NCBI GenBank assembly: GCA_030141605.1
Contig: JAQGDQ010000077.1
Location: forward strand, 1-64,000
Length of the DNA: 64,000 nt
Origin: Tubiluchus corallicola
Lineage: Eukaryota > Animalia > Priapulida
Direction: 5' to 3'
Each line of letters starts with the position of its first letter. The first letter of the stretch is position 1. The translations under genes were made by a program, and so were the position numbers. Below are positions 37,982-52,569 of this stretch, in pieces. Below the pieces are notes generated by a model that was given only the letters and a program-made list of their open reading frames with translations, had not been told where the DNA came from and did not search any database.

Positions 37982-38899
37982 GTATGTTTGCCAACATATT
38001 AAGCAGTTAACTGCTAAAATGGTACTTAAGTAGATATTATGTTTTCTTACCTACTTTTACGGATTGAAGTATACTGTTTCGTTTTTTATTCTTTCCCAGT
38101 CGCAATTAGTGGGTTTAGTTGTTCTAACTTCTAATAAAGTACATGTTGGTTCTTGAGTTTGAAATTAGAAGTCTTAAACTTGCATAGTTCTTGCATGTCT
38201 GTCCGAATGTCTCTATTTCTGCAAGATTGTTGTAATTATGGTCAGCAAGCTTACAGCGTATTTGTTTAGTTTCACCTCGTTTCGGGGTCTCATGCGGTTT
38301 TCTCGTAGGCGAGTATTTGGAAAAAACTGCTATTTGGCTGAAAAAAAATCATGTATAATGCGCATAAACTTTGCGGCACTTTTTCGTTATATCTCTTGAG
38401 TAATTTTTTTACCCCTACCAATATTTTGAAGTGAAACATAATTCACTCGATTATCATCAGAATCTCCTTCCAGTGAGACCATTCTTTTTTTTATTTTCGT
38501 GGAGAGAACTCAGAAAATGCATGTGCTCTAGACTTTAAACTCTCAATCATATTTACATGTCCAATTCCTCTTGTTTCTCCTTCATTTATACATGAGATTC
38601 CCTTTGACCTCCAGTGTGCCGGTCCATGCATTTACCAGCAGATCTGAATCATGTATGTCATTCATCCAGGTTTTGTATGCAGTTTGCATGAATGTGGAAA
38701 ACGCTTTCATAAAGGTATTGCTATTCGTTGCAGAATTTCCCGTGTTACTCGAAGAAAATGCAAACACAGAGTGAAAAAACGTTGTGAACGAGCAAGTTGC
38801 ATAAAAAATAAAACAAGTATAGAACATCTAGCGAGGTCACAAAAGGTTAATTTTATTGAAAAGTAACAACTGAAGTAAAGTCAATCTCTAGAAAGCGTT

Positions 38900-39563
38900 A
38901 GAGTACAAGAAAAGGGGCACCTGAAGTAGGTTTCAGAGAAATCGCCTTAAAAAATTGTATTACTTTACAGCAATTTTATGCACATATCGTGCTCGTGTTG
39001 AAAGGAATTTTCGTTTGTTGTCATTTTAAATCTCCCACAATACTGTTATGATGGCGCCATTACATGATGTCACTACGCCACGTAAATCAGCGGAAGAAAA
39101 GGAAATGTTGAATTATGTCTCAAAAAACTTTCCATGCAAATCTATATTACTTAGCATTCCACTTACCTGCTGGAAAATTTATGTAACTATTATGTAAAAT
39201 GTTTGTGCCAATTGGTAAAAGTTGATTCACCCTCCAGGGGTGCACCACTCACTAGCCAAAAATGTATTTTTAATCTTATTGGCAAGATACAGTAATTTAA
39301 AATTTTACTTAGTTAGTAACATGTATGCTGCGAATGCTCTCATTATTTTTTAAAACTTTACTTAACGTTATCAAAACTTGTTTCAAACGACCTACCATTA
39401 AAATGGCTGCGCTTAATGGTCATCACAAGAGTTTAAATTTTACCAGTTTTATACAGCGTTACTGTCGACGCAAGCCCTGCACATGTAAAAGCGGTATGTA
39501 AGTGGTATAAAATTTCAAAACTAATTTTTTAAGCTTGATGTAAGTGGAGGGTTTTCTTGTGCT
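38900..39563. mobile_element. Family B copy, opposite orientation
   Basis: Reverse-complement match, ends TTTTCTTGTGCT|TTAA. Confidence 0.75.
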
Positions 39564-39809
39564 TTAAATTTACTGAATATCGGACCAAATGCGTTTTTTG
39601 TAGCTATTTTCATTTCATTTGGCCATTTCCGTAAATTCCTTCCGTTTCCTTGATGATGGAAAATCGGAGGCCCTACTGTTGAGAGCGTGGAAATCTAGTT
39701 TTGGCTTCTTGGAGATCAGAGTGAATGTTTAAACATAACCTGGCAGCCATGTCCGCATGAGTCACATCAGTTTAAAAGTAAATGTATCTAATGGTGCTTT
39801 ACTTTTTAG

Positions 39810-39939
39810 GGTCTTGTGTGCGCGGTTCATGAAGGATGTCTGCAGATCACGTCTGCGGCTGCAGTGACGAGTGACAATGTCAAAAAAGTTTCCTGATTCG
39901 CTGCGACTAGGAAAAGAAGAAAACATGCGGCAGCAAGAG
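39810..39939 (+). CDS. Candidate upstream exon of the ASPP gene (ATG 39877: MSKKFPDSLRLGKEENMRQQE)
   Basis: TTTTTAG acceptor and GAG|GTAGGT donor; phase 0 is compatible with 62100. No recognisable homology. Confidence 0.4.
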
Positions 39940-40454
39940 GTAGGTATTTGAGCGTATTAATGAAATTCTAAAAAAACAATCCTGGATATTAATTAGAGTC
40001 TTCTGCGCAATATGTCGTTGCATTGAACACCATTCCCAAATGCTCAAACATCTGGGCTCTTTGCATCAGGTAACCCCAGCCAAAAGTTTCATTAATTCTT
40101 ATCCTTGGTGTCAATTTGATGAAACACTTCATTAAACAGGAAACTATTGACTTTTATTTGCACTGTATTCGAAATCAAAATTCCAATGCATTCTTTTGCG
40201 TTTCAGTTGCGTTCAAACAGTATTCAGCTAGTGTTTACGTGTAGTTAGCAACAGATGTTTGCTCTTATGCAAAACAAACTTAGAAATAAGCTGTGTAATT
40301 AAGTCTTGTTTTTAATTTTTGGAAGATAACACAGTTTCTGTTAGTGATGCTCTTGATGTATGATTCGTATCTGAAAATCGTGATGTCCGTGAGATTTTGT
40401 TGCTATTTGTATCCAACCTTAACAGAAATTTCGCACCACCATCGGTTTTAAAAA

Positions 40455-41803
40455 GGCTACTGAGGTTACACGTCTATGCCTATTCTGTTACTATGGTGAA
40501 GCAGCTTTCAGGCAACTGAGCTTGCACGTCCATGCCTATTCTGTTACTATGGTGAAGCAGCTTTCAGGCAACTGAGCTTGCACGTACATGCCTATTCTGT
40601 TACTATGGTGAAGCAGCTTTCAGGCTACTGAGGTTGCACGTACATGCCTATTCTGTTACTATGGTGAAGCAGCTTTCAGGCGACTGAGCTTGCACGTACA
40701 TGCCTATTCTGTTACTATGGTGAAGCAGCTGTTAGGCTACTGAGCTTGCACGTACATGCCTGTTCTGTTACTATGGCGAAGCAGCTTTCAGGCAACTGAG
40801 CTTGCAGGTCCATGCCTGTTCTGTTACTATGGTGAAGCAGCTTTTAGGCAACTGAGCTTGCACGTTCAAGCCTATTCTGTTACTATGGTGAAGCAGCTTT
40901 CAGGCAACTGAGCTTGCACGTCCATGCCTATTCTGTTACTATGGTGAAGCAGCTTTCAGGCGACTGAGCGTGCACGTACATGCCTATTCTGTTACTATGG
41001 TGAAGCAGCTTTCAGGCTACTGAGGTTGCACGTACATGCCTATTCTGTTACTATGGTGAAGCAGCTTTCAGGCGACTGAGCTTGCACGTACATGCCTATT
41101 CTGTTACTATGGTGAAGCAGCTGTTAGGCTACTGAGCTTGCACGTACATGCCTGTTCTGTTACTATGGCGAAGCAGCTTTCAGGCAACTGAGCTTGCAGG
41201 TCCATGCCTGTTCTGTTACTTGCAGGTCCATGCCTGTTCTGTTACTATGGTGAAGCAGCTTTTAGGCAACTGAGCTTGCACGTTCAAGCCTATTCTGTTG
41301 CTATGGTGAAGCAGCTTTCAGGCAACTGAGCTTGCACGTCCATGCCTATTCTGTTACTATAGTGAAGCAGCTTTCAGGCAACTGAGTTTACACGTACATG
41401 CTTATTCTGTTACTATGGTGAAGCAGTATTCAAACGACTAAGCTTGCACGTCTATGCCTATTCTGTTACTATGGTGAAACAGCTTTCAGGCAACTGGGCT
41501 TGCACGTACATGCCTATTCTGTTACTATGGTGAAGCAGCTTTCAGGCTACTGAGGTTGCACGTCTATGCCTATTCTGCTACTATGGTGAAGCAGCTTTCA
41601 GGCAACTGAGCTTACACGTACATGCTTATTCTGTTACTATGGTGAAGCAGTTTTCAAGCGACCAAGCTTGCACATCTATGCCTATTCTGTTACTATCGGG
41701 AAGCAGTTTTCAAGCGACCAAGCTTGCACGTCTATGCCTATTCTGTTACTATTGGGAAGCAGTATTCAAACGACTAAGCTTGCACGTCTATGCCTATTCT
41801 GTT
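40455..41803. repeat. 57-bp minisatellite, ~23 units
   Basis: CCTATTCTGTTACTATGGTGAAGCAGCTTTCAGGCAACTGAGCTTGCACGTACATG. Confidence 0.95.
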
Positions 41804-42436
41804 ATTTTCTCTTTGCAGTTCACTCATCGACGAGTCTAAACTAGATTGTCATCTGTATAGTTCAGGTTTTGGGTCATGTTTAGTTTAAAGTTATTTTGGA
41901 CAATTACAACTGTGCATTGTAAATTTCTAATAGAGATGTTATCACTGATACGACTGCATGTCAAATTGAAAAATAAAAGCAAAAAATGCAGCTACTTTGA
42001 CTTGATATTCCAAAATGGAGTAGGTTATAAGTACATGTGAGCAATCGTCGAAATCTCTATATCAGTTTGTCATATAATTACTAATGGAATGTGACTCCAA
42101 CTTATTCTTTATTTGTGTAAATCTGTGCTGCGTCTTTGGTCATTTTCGATATGCATCAGTGTGACAAAGTTACAAATGGTCGGTGCTCTAGATTTTCATT
42201 ATATAGCAAGCAGTTGGTTTGACCAGAGGAATGTGTTTGGCAGTGATAGACACAGTGAATTGCCGCTATATTTGTAATACAATGAATTCACAATCTTGTG
42301 TATCTGCAGACACACTTTGACTTGTTTAGTCAAGTGATTTGACGACGTTCAAACATGACTACTTTCATCTGCTCACACTTCGGATAGTCTATTTAATATC
42401 TTATCTGTACCCCCAGGTGGCAAATTTTCACCACCT

Positions 42437-43108
42437 AGCACAAGAAAACCCTCCGCTTACATAAAGCTTTAAAAATATTCTTCAATTTTCATACCACTTA
42501 CGTACTGCCTTTTTGCATGCAGGGCTTGCGTCAGCAGTAACACTGTATAGAACTTGTAAATTGAAACTCCCACGATGACCGTTAGGTGCAGCCATTTCAG
42601 TGGTAGCTCGTTTGAAACAAGTTCAGATAACATTGAATGGAGTTTGAAAAATTATCAAAGTATGAGGAGCACATGTTACTAATTAACTAAAATTTTAAAT
42701 TGCTGTATCTTGTCAATAAGATTAAAAATACGTTTTTAGTTAGCAAGTGGTGCACCCTGGAGGGCGAGCCAGTGACATTTTAGCAATTGGCTTGAACATT
42801 TTAAATTATTATTTCTAGTTACATAAGTCTTTCCAGCAGGTAGGCGAAATGGTAAGTAACATAGATTTGCATGGAAAGTTTTTTGGAGCATAATTTAACA
42901 TTTCCTTTTCTTCCTCTGATTTACGTTGTCCGTATATGACGTCATGTAGTGGCGCGGTCGGAACAGTATTGCGGGAGATCTAAAATGAAAACAAGTGACA
43001 ATTCCTTTTAATGCGAGTACGATATATGCATAAAATTGCTATAAAGTAATATGTAACTTTTTAGTGCAGTTTTTCTGAAACCTACTTCAGGTACCCCTTT
43101 CTTGTCCT
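42437..43108. mobile_element. Family B copy
   Basis: AGCACAAGAAAA ... CTTGTCCT|TTAA. Confidence 0.75.
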
Positions 43109-43509
43109 TTAATTTGCACATGCTCCTCATGAGCCAGGAACCACGTGGCCTACTGACACGGTGCTTCGCTGGCAGTCCTGAGGTTTAGGGTTCAGTTCTA
43201 CTCTGGGTGGGGATTTTTTTGAGTGGTGGCTGCAAAAATTATTGTCAGCTCCATCTATCCTAATGCCAGACACAGCTTTTTTCTTCTTCTGCTAGTATTA
43301 AATACACTTACTGTGATTTCATCTTTATATTGACATCAAGACAATATTGACAAACTAACATAATTTTAATGGCAAAAATATTCCACAAGCGTGTTGCACG
43401 TGTTTGTGAAGACGAAATTGGAAGTACAGTGCTACTGTAAGATATTTGGCATGTTGTACTAAAACTAGGCAAGTTTTAAGATAAAAATTCAAATTTACCG
43501 CTGTGTTTG

Positions 43510-43857
43510 TGCATGAGTTGTGAACATGTGCAGTTCGTCACAAACTAACACATCTGAATTGAGAGGTGCGGCACCTGTTGTTTGTGGAATGCGTTTCCGA
43601 AATGCAGGCGCTAGTGCCCGTCTAACTAGCGAATAGGGAAGTGCGTGTAACAGTGACGAACTAGTGGCGCGAACATGAAATTGTGTTTGTGTGGTAATAA
43701 TTCTTTCACGCAAGTCATTTTTGAAAAAGTAGTGTTTCCTTTAAATTGTTTTGACCTACAGTTTGAGATTGGGTCTGGTTTTGCTTTAATTGTTCGTCCA
43801 GAAAACCGACTATAAATGAAGTTTATTACTATTATTATTATTATTGTTATTATTATT

Positions 43858-43917
<60 letters not shown>

Positions 43918-44441
43918 ATTAGTAGTAGTAGTAAGCCAACTGTTCACGTTTGATTTGGAAAGAGTAACTGACAATCTAAGTAGAAGCAAGCAAGGCAAGG
44001 AGAAAGTTTCTCTAGTCACGTTTATAACAACCATGTTTAGTGAATTTTTTAACTCTGGTTTCGCTGTTTTTTTTCCTTATTTATTGTACTGGACGTAATA
44101 GAGCTTGTCGTGCATGAGTTGTGAACATGTGCAGTTCGTCACAAACTAACACATCTGAATTGAGAGGTGCGGCACCTGTTGATTGTGGAATGCGTTTCTG
44201 AAATGCAGGCGCTAGTGCCCGTCTAACTAGCGAATAGGGAAGTGCGTGTAACAGTGACGAACTAGTTGGGCGAACGTGAAATTGTGTTTGTGTGGTAATA
44301 ATTCTTTCACGCAAGTCATTTTTGAAAAAGTAGTATGTTTCCTTTAAATTGTTTTGACCTACAGTTTGAGATTGGGTCTGGTTTTGCTTTAATTGTTCTT
44401 CCAGAAAGCTGACTATAAATAAAGTTTATTATTATTATTAT

Positions 44442-44483
<42 letters not shown>

Positions 44484-44672
44484 CAGTAGCAGTAGTGTTA
44501 AGCCAACTGTTCACGTTTGATTGGAAACAATAACTGACAATCTAAGTAGAAGCAAGCAAGGCAGTGAGAAAGTTTCTCTAGTCACGTTTATAACAACCGA
44601 GTTTAGTGAATTTTTTAACTCTGGTTTCGCTGTTTTTTTATTTATTTATTGTACTGGACGTAATAGAGCTTG
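43510..44672. repeat. ~590-bp tandem duplication containing half of a family C element and a trinucleotide microsatellite
   Basis: 43510-44108 vs 44110-44672. Confidence 0.9.
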
Positions 44673-44679
44673 TCTCTTC

Positions 44680-45330
44680 AAACGGTGCGTCTCTCTTTGA
44701 TAGATTTCATTTCGCTGGCCCCAACAATAACTGTAGATGTAGAATAGTAGGTTATATCAATAATCCCACTCATATCTACTATAACAATATATATATATAT
44801 GCGCCTTTACAAAAATGTGGAGTGTGGAAGGCGTATCGGGGTGATGGCTTTTATTGTAAGAGCTCACTTTTGTAGAGTAATAATAGTTACGAATAAAATG
44901 CGTTTTAGGGGGGAATTGGGGCTGAGGGCAGCCGCGGAAGAGTACGGTTTTCAAAAGAAGGGGTTTTACCGTTCTACTGCACGCGCCCTAGGAATGGATC
45001 AGGACCGTAGACGTTCTGACTGGTCAGTGAGCTCGAGTTTGTTTATAGACTGAGGCAAAATCTCTTCAGCACACAACTAGCTGTATAATCGTCCACGCAT
45101 GGCTGGATCACACACTCATACGACTGTAGAGTAGTTGGCATTGGACCAAGTTGTTTTTGCTACAGTTCTGGCTAATGAGATATGTTGGTATGCGGTGGTG
45201 ACTTCGTGTAGCGTAGACTGTATCGCCGAAGTTGATTATTGTGAACGGGGCGTTGTGTTGTTTATCTGCGCATAACTGTCCATGGAAAGTCGATTCCGCG
45301 GTAAAGACAGATCACCAATGCTTGTAAGTA
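44680..45330 (+). promoter_or_regulatory. CpG/GC-enriched unique region, candidate ASPP promoter/first exon
   Basis: Visibly higher CpG and GC than the flanks; ends in a consensus donor. Confidence 0.35.
45282..45323 (+). CDS. Candidate alternative first coding exon of the ASPP gene (MESRFRGKDRSPML)
   Basis: CCATGG start, consensus GTAAGT donor in phase 0, downstream of a CpG-rich repeat-free stretch. Confidence 0.4.
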
Positions 45331-47369
45331 GGCATGCAAGTGTTTGATGTAGTTTAAGACGTTAAATTAGCTAAGTTTACCGTGATTTCGATTACTTTGG
45401 TCCCCGCAGCGAAGGCAAATGATCTTTGATTGTGTGATAACGATCATTAGTAAGTGTAAAGTCGATTATTGTCTACAATGACCGTCAGGTATCGCTTGCG
45501 TAATCCCGACGGGCGTTGTGGGTAATATGTGCAAAGTTGCCATTGCTTGATACGTTGTTTTAGTGTCGAACGTTGCTAATTAGCATTTTATTCTCGTGTA
45601 TTTACGGTAATTAAAAGCGACCTGGTGGTAGTTTTGGAGTGCTTACAAGGTTTGCAGGTGTTGTATTTTCTATTGCGCAACTGATTGGTGTGATAATCAT
45701 TAAACACATTACCTTGCTTGTATAATACTATTGCTATACATTTGTAATTGTAATTCTCTTCATGGCCGCATACAGTTCTTTGGCTTTTATGCGTTACGAG
45801 TGTTTGTGTTTTTGCCGTGGTTTAGCCGAGGGCAGTTATAGTTACAGCTAACGCAACTTTATAGATGTAATTATTATTAAACTGACCGGTTTATGACGTT
45901 TGACCTCTGTGAAGTGCAGTACCCTGTTGTAAAATGACTTGTTAAATATGTTCTCGAATAGTTTTTAAATATCTCTTCCAATTTTAGTGTGCATGCGCGC
46001 TTAGCAAGGTTTTGGGAATTTAGCTTAAGAGCGTTTAGCAGTTAAGCAGTGTCACTTCTGCCAAGCAGTAGGGTGGATGATTGGGGGATAGGTAGTTCAT
46101 GAGCGCTTATAAAATGAAAACAAAACAAAATCTAGGGAAACACTGAGTCTGTTCCTCGATTTTTTAGCAAATAATTCTCCTTTCAGTTTCTGCTAACTGC
46201 TGTGAATGAGGGTGTTTTCTTCCGTGCTGACCGTGCACCTTAATTTGTGCGTCACTTTTTTAATTACCTCTCTTCAACGGGTGATTTATGCTCTAAGTTT
46301 TTTATGCTTAAATTTTTAACTTTCGTGACAACTTTATTGACCCATTTTCAATGAAAAAACCCATGATTATTATTTTCACGTTTCAGCAGAATTATGGTGA
46401 CACGAATTTGTCATATTTACGTGTTCTGTGATTGACACTTATGACTACTTACCCAGTATTAACTTATTTCTGAAACAGTCCATAATTGTTATAAAGTGAT
46501 ATATTTGTGTTGACACGTATGTAACTTCATACCATAATAGTAGTCTTTTGAATAAAAAAAAACACTTGAAAATAATACTTGTCAGCACAGGCTATGATGT
46601 CATGTAAGATTCTTTAATTTTGGCAAAGGCTACGGTGCTCATAAACAGCGGCGGCTGTTGTGTGGAACTGCAGCACCCCCTGTTTTCACTCGATATTATC
46701 GATAATATTCAATATAATAAGTCTTTCCTTTAATTCTTTCTTTATACATGTAAGGAACCAGAACTGGTAAGGGTAGTACTGTTTGCTTCACAGCCCAAGC
46801 AATGTGGTGTTTGGTTGTTATGTGCATGCGCCCATGTCTGAGATAACACGTTGTGCACTAGCGTCTGCTGCTAAGTAGAAAAGTACAGTGTCTACCACAG
46901 TAACAATTGCCACATACTTACCATGTACCTTCATATGCTTGGATATGATAAAGTGTAAACTTAGCGTGTGTGCTTAAAACATGAATTATTTAATAATCAA
47001 CGCCTTGCATCCCAAAAAACAAGTTCTGTGACTGTAAGTGAACTACAACAACTTAATGTTTCACAGTTGCCTCTCAATGAGAAAGTTGCAGTTAAGAAAA
47101 GAGGCCGTTCAACACCCAATCTTCAAATATAAGCACAACATTAAAATCACATGTTTGTTACGTTTTACACGGTGTTAAAACAATGGCTAAAAATTTTCTG
47201 AAGCAGCACCAGCAGTAGTTTTAGCTAAGAGTCGCCACTCTCATTGCAACTTTCGGGACAAATGATGCAATAAGTATCTGCTCAAATACGAAGCCAGTTA
47301 TTAAAGGAAAATAAGGTTGTTTTTCATAGTCTGTCGCAATTTTAAATATGGTAAAAAGTGAACGTCTTG

Positions 47370-47930
47370 ATACCTGTGATGTCACCAAAGTGTTTCTGAT
47401 AATTAAATAATAGAGCAAAAAATTGAGTTAAGTTGAATTGAGACTAGCTAGTGATGGCATAATATCACTAATGAATATAATTTTCAACAGCACAGAACGT
47501 TACACGTGCATGTTGTATGTGTTTCTGAAAGTGAAAATTCTAGTATGGTGCTACTTGAGAACATTCAGCATGGTGCAAAACATGAAGGAAATTTTCAATG
47601 TAAATTTCAAATTTACCGCTGTGCTCACACATTAGCTCTCGAATGTGTACGCCACATCACAACTGATTTGAACTGATCTACATCTGAATTGAGGGCTACA
47701 GCACCTATTATTTGTGCAATGCGTTTCTGAAATGCAGCTGCTAGTGCCCATCTAACCAGCAAAATGCTTGTAACAGTGAAGAACTAGTGGCCCGAACGTG
47801 AAATTGTGTTTGTGTGGTAATAATTCTTTCATGTAAATCATTTTTGAAAAAATAATATGTTTCCTTTTAATATTTTAAAGAGTAGATTGTCTTGACCTGC
47901 AGTTTAACATTGGGCCCGGTTTTCCTTTAA
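47370..47930. mobile_element. Family C copy
   Basis: Similarity to 6090-6627, ends CCGGTTTTCCT|TTAA. Confidence 0.7.
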
Positions 47931-48069
47931 GATTGTAAAAGTTTGCTTTTTAAGGAGTGAGTTAGTTTCCGAGACTTACTGTTCCTGTTTGCTTGGGCAC
48001 ACAAAAGGTCATTGTGTGTTAATGAGTGTCATAAAAACCCTCACCATGGAGGTTAAGTTGCATCCTGAT

Positions 48070-48472
48070 GTCTGAGTTTCTTGTACATAAGTTTTGTGTT
48101 GTAAGTCTGAGTTTCTTGTACATAAGTAAGTCTGAGTTTCTTGTACATAAGTTTTGTGTTGTAAGTCTGAGTTTCTTGTACACAAGTTTTGTGTTGTAAG
48201 TCTGAGTTTCTTGTATACAAGTTTTGTGTTGTAAGTCTGAGTTTCTTGTACACAAGTTTTGTGCTGTAAGTCTGAGTTTCTTATACACACGTTTTGTGTT
48301 GTAAGTCTGAGTTTCTTGTACATAAGTTTTGTGTTGTAAGTCTGAGTTTCTTGTACATAAGTTTTGTGTTGTAAGTCTGAGTTTCTTGTACATAAGTAAG
48401 TCTGAGTTTCTTGTACACAAGTTTTGTGTTGTAAGTCTGAGTTTCTTGTACATAAGTTTTGTGTTGTAAGTC
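48070..48472. repeat. 35-bp minisatellite
   Basis: GTCTGAGTTTCTTGTACATAAGTTTTGTGTTGTAA. Confidence 0.93.
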
Positions 48473-48934
48473 ACCCCTGTACGGTATTGCTATGCTCTAC
48501 ATGGTTCTCATTATTTGCATGATACTTTCCAATTTAAGTGACACGCAGGCTCACAATTTGGCAATAAATGGTACATTTTCCGTCATTTAATCTTAAAACT
48601 TCCTTTTTTTGTAAACTTTAAATTGCCGAAAAGTACCGGGCCAGAAAGCGCACAGAAGAATTTCTGAGAAATTAGCAATCGCCACATTGGGCAGTTCCAC
48701 TGTTAGTAATGTTACATTTTAGGGATGTTCTCGTGTTTTAAATAAGAGCCATTTCTTTATCTATCGATATTAAGTGTCACTCATGTTACAATACATCAAT
48801 CTAGTGTAGACCTGGAATACAGGAATGAATGAAAACATTTCATGGAATAATAAAGTAGAAAGCATTGCTTTTGATGTCGGTCAGTAACGTTGCAAAGAAA
48901 CGACATAAGAAATTAATGAGCATCTTTGAATGAA

Positions 48935-49384
48935 AAGGGCTGCGGAGTCGGAGTCGGCCATAAATTTACTGTTTGAGGAGTCGGAGTTGTCAAAACTTGT
49001 GGTTTTGGAGTCGGAGTCGGGACTCAGGAGTACACTTACTTTTAGAAGAGTCGGTGTTGGAATAGGTAAAAAATTGACAAACTCAAACTTCAGTTACTTT
49101 TAACTCGTTTATGCATAACATCCCATTTTGGAACACTGTTGTAATGGTGTCTATGCAGCTAGATTGTTTTTCGAGCATAAAAAGTAGTGACGAAATGCCA
49201 CTGTAGCTAAATATTGAGAGTACTACAAACTATTACTTAAAAGCAGGAGTAAGAGTTGGTTTTTTAGGAATTGGAGTCGGATTTGGTTCTTCTAAGATTC
49301 TAGGAGTCGAAGTTGGATCTAAAATTTTAGGAGCTAGAGTCGGAGGCAGAGTCAGGAGTTTTATGTACAGACGCCACAGCCCTT
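48935..49384. mobile_element. hAT-like MITE with GGAGTC subterminal repeats
   Basis: AGGGCTGCGGAGTC / GACGCCACAGCCCT ends. Confidence 0.65.
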
Positions 49385-49579
49385 ATGAAAAGTAATACAG
49401 AATCGCAGCTCTTGGCAAAATTAACTAATTACTGTCTTTCAAGTTGTTTATTGTACTAAGTATGAATAAAAGATAGAGCTATAGTGTCAGAGTACTGTTA
49501 TTATATGTAAATGATTTAATGTGCACAAAAATTAATGCTGATTCCTTGCATACCACAAAATAGCCTAATGGAAAATAAA

Positions 49580-50092
49580 AAATCTTGCTTTCGATTTTCG
49601 GTTGTGTTGCTTAGTTGCTTTTCAGATTACATTGCATGCATATGATTATTAGACCATTTAGGATGTAAGCAGTTACTTGGTGCCATAGTAGGGTGTGAGG
49701 TACATGCTACTACAAGCAATTGCCATGTTGCTTTCAATTTTCAGTTGTGCCGACTAGATGCTTTTGAGGTTGCATTGCATCCAGATGATTATTAGACCAT
49801 TTAGGATGTAAGCAGTTAGTTTGTGCCATAGTAGGACGTGAGGTACGTGCTACTACAAGCTGTTTCCATCTTGCTTTCAATTTTCGGTTATGCTGCTTAG
49901 ATGGTTTTGAGGTTAGATTGCGTCCAGATGATTATTAGATCATTTAGGATGTAAGCAGTTAGTTGGTGCCATAGTAGGACGTGAGGCACGTGCTACTACG
50001 AGCAGTTGCCATGTTGCTTTCAATTTTCAGTTGTGCTGCTTAGATGCTTTTGAGGTTACATTGCAGCCAGATGATGATTACTAAACCATTTA
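49580..50092. repeat. ~140-bp tandem repeat, ~3.5 units
   Basis: Recurrent GATTATTAGACCATTTAGGATGTAAGCAGTTA. Confidence 0.85.
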
Positions 50093-50728
50093 GTTTATAT
50101 TATGTAGCTAGGTTTCATTATTAAGATTTTCATGACCGAAGTTTATTTGACATACAATTGCAAATGGATGACCACGATGCACCTAAAATGTCCGCTGCTT
50201 CAAGTTTTTGCTGCAGTTTCGCCGATTTTTATTTTCTGAAATGATAGATTGCTTGATTTTACCATTCATTTCGCATGATTTATGATGATTAAATCGATTT
50301 ATTAGAATTTATAATTTCATAATGACGAGCCAGTAGCTTGATTATTTCCGCTTAATCAGTTTTCTTTGAGTTTTCCACAGCCTGAGGAAATGGAAGAATG
50401 TAATGTGTGTTGTGTTATAATGTGGTAAAAAAGCCTTAATGTATGTAATATACATAATTTATTCACCTTAGGCAGCGCGGTGTGTCTAAGAAATGGTCAT
50501 TGCGTTTCAAAGGCCTTGAAACGGCTGTGATTCACAGGATTTGCTTGTTTACCCACATGTTTCAGTACATAGTCACAAAATAGGCTGAGACGGGTTGTTT
50601 TAGTTAAAGCACAAGAACTCACTCTTCACAAATATAGCTGAAAAATTTTGTCTTGAAAATTTATATCGCTTACGTGCAGTCTAATTGCTTAACGAGCTTG
50701 CATTAGCAGTAATGTTGTATAAAACGTT

Positions 50729-52206
50729 AAATCAGTGATCTAACTCTACTTTTACGGGCTTGCAAAGGGACCTTGTAAAATTGTACTTGTCTTGGACTTG
50801 AATCAGTGATCTAACTCTACTGTTGCTGGCTTGCAAAGGGACCTTGTAAAATTGTACTGTTCTTGGACTTGAATCAGAGATCTAACTCTACTGATGCTGG
50901 CTTGCACGGGGACCTTCTAAAATTGTATTGTTCTTGGACTTGAATCAGTGATCTAACTCTACTGTTGCTGGCTTGCAAAGGGACCTTGTAAAATTGTATT
51001 GTTTTTGGACTTGAATCAGTGATCTAACTCTACTGATGCTGGCTTGCAAAGGGACTTTGTAAAATTGTATTGTTTTTGGACTTGAATCAGTGATCTAACT
51101 CTACTGATGCTGGCTTGCACGGGGACCTTGTAAAATTGTATTGTTCTTGGACTTGAATCAGAGATCTAACTCTACTGATGCTGGCTTGCAAAGGGACCTT
51201 GTAAAATTGTATTGTTCTTGGACTTGAATCAGTGATCTAACTCTACTGATGCTGGCTTGCACGGGGACCTTGTAAAATTGCATTGTTCTTGGACTTGAAT
51301 CAGTGATCTAACTCTACTGTTGCTGGCTTGCAAGGGGACCTTGTAAAATTGCATTGTTCTTGGATTTGAATCAGTGATCTAACTCTACTGTTGCTGGCTT
51401 GCATGGGGACCTTGTAAAATTGTACTGTTCTTGGACTTGAATCAGAGATCTAACTCTACTGTTGCTGGCTTGCACGGGGACCTTGTAAAATTGTACTGTC
51501 CTTGGACTTGAATCAGTGATCTAACTCTACTGATGCTGGCTTGCAAGGGGACCTTGTAAAATTGTATTGTTCTTGGACTTGAATCAGTGATCTAACTCTA
51601 CTGATGCTGGCTTGCAAGGGGACCTTGTAAAATTGTATTGTTCTTCGACTTGAATCAGTGATCTAACTCTACTGATGCTGGCTTGCAAAGGGACCTTGTA
51701 AAATTGTATTGTTCTTGGACTTGAATCAGTGATCTAACTCTACTGTTGCTGGCTTGCAAGGGGACCTTGTAAAATTGTATTTTGTACTTCGACTTGAATC
51801 AGTGATCTAACTCTACTGTTGCTGGCTTGCAAGGGGACCTTGTAAAATTGTATTTTGTACTTGGACTTGAATCAGTGATCTAACTCTACTGTTGCTGGCT
51901 TGCAAGGGGACCTTGTAAAATTGTATTTTGTACTTGGACTTGAATCAGTGATCTAACTCTACTGTTGCTGGCTTGCAAGGGGACCTTGTAAAATTGTATT
52001 TTGTACTTCGACTTGAATCAGTGATCTAACTCTACTGTTGCTGGCTTGCAAGGGGACCTTGTAAAATTATACTGTTCTTGTACTTGAATCAGTGATCTAA
52101 TTCTACTCTTACCGGCTTGCAAAGGGACCTTGTAAAATTGTACTGTTCTTGGATTTGAATCAGTGATCTAATTTTACTCTTACGGGCTTGCAAAGGGACT
52201 TGTAAA
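50729..52206. repeat. 71-bp minisatellite, ~21 units
   Basis: GAATCAGTGATCTAACTCTACTGxTGCTGGCTTGCAxxGGGACCTTGTAAAATTG... Confidence 0.95.
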
Positions 52207-52569
52207 CTGCTCGTCAACTTTGCTGACATTTTAGAGAATTTTTTGTGAGCAAGCTTAGCGAAACATTCCGAAATTTTGCTAAAAAATTGTGGCCTCGAAA
52301 TTGAGGACATCCTTGAAAAAGTTGACAAGCCTTGAACTAGGAACTGCGGGTTGCTCCTTCGAAATTATGAGAACGCAGTGAAACGATTTTAAAAAAAACT
52401 CTTTGGAATTACTGGTTTTTGTGTCTACAAGCTCATGGTCGCTTGCTAAAGTGAGAACAAATATAATAATTTAATTGCCTGTCTGTGTTTGTCAGTGGTA
52501 ATACGTTTCAAACTTAACCCCGTATCCTTGAAATTGCAAGTTTCTGTTATGCATGTGCGGTTCTGTTAA

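Noticed and set aside
48009-48474. Repetitive ORFs here and at 55266-55724
   Set aside because: By-products of the 35-bp and 54-bp minisatellites
40455-52206. Regular arrays that might suggest CRISPR
   Set aside because: Head-to-tail units with no unique spacers, no cas genes, eukaryotic context
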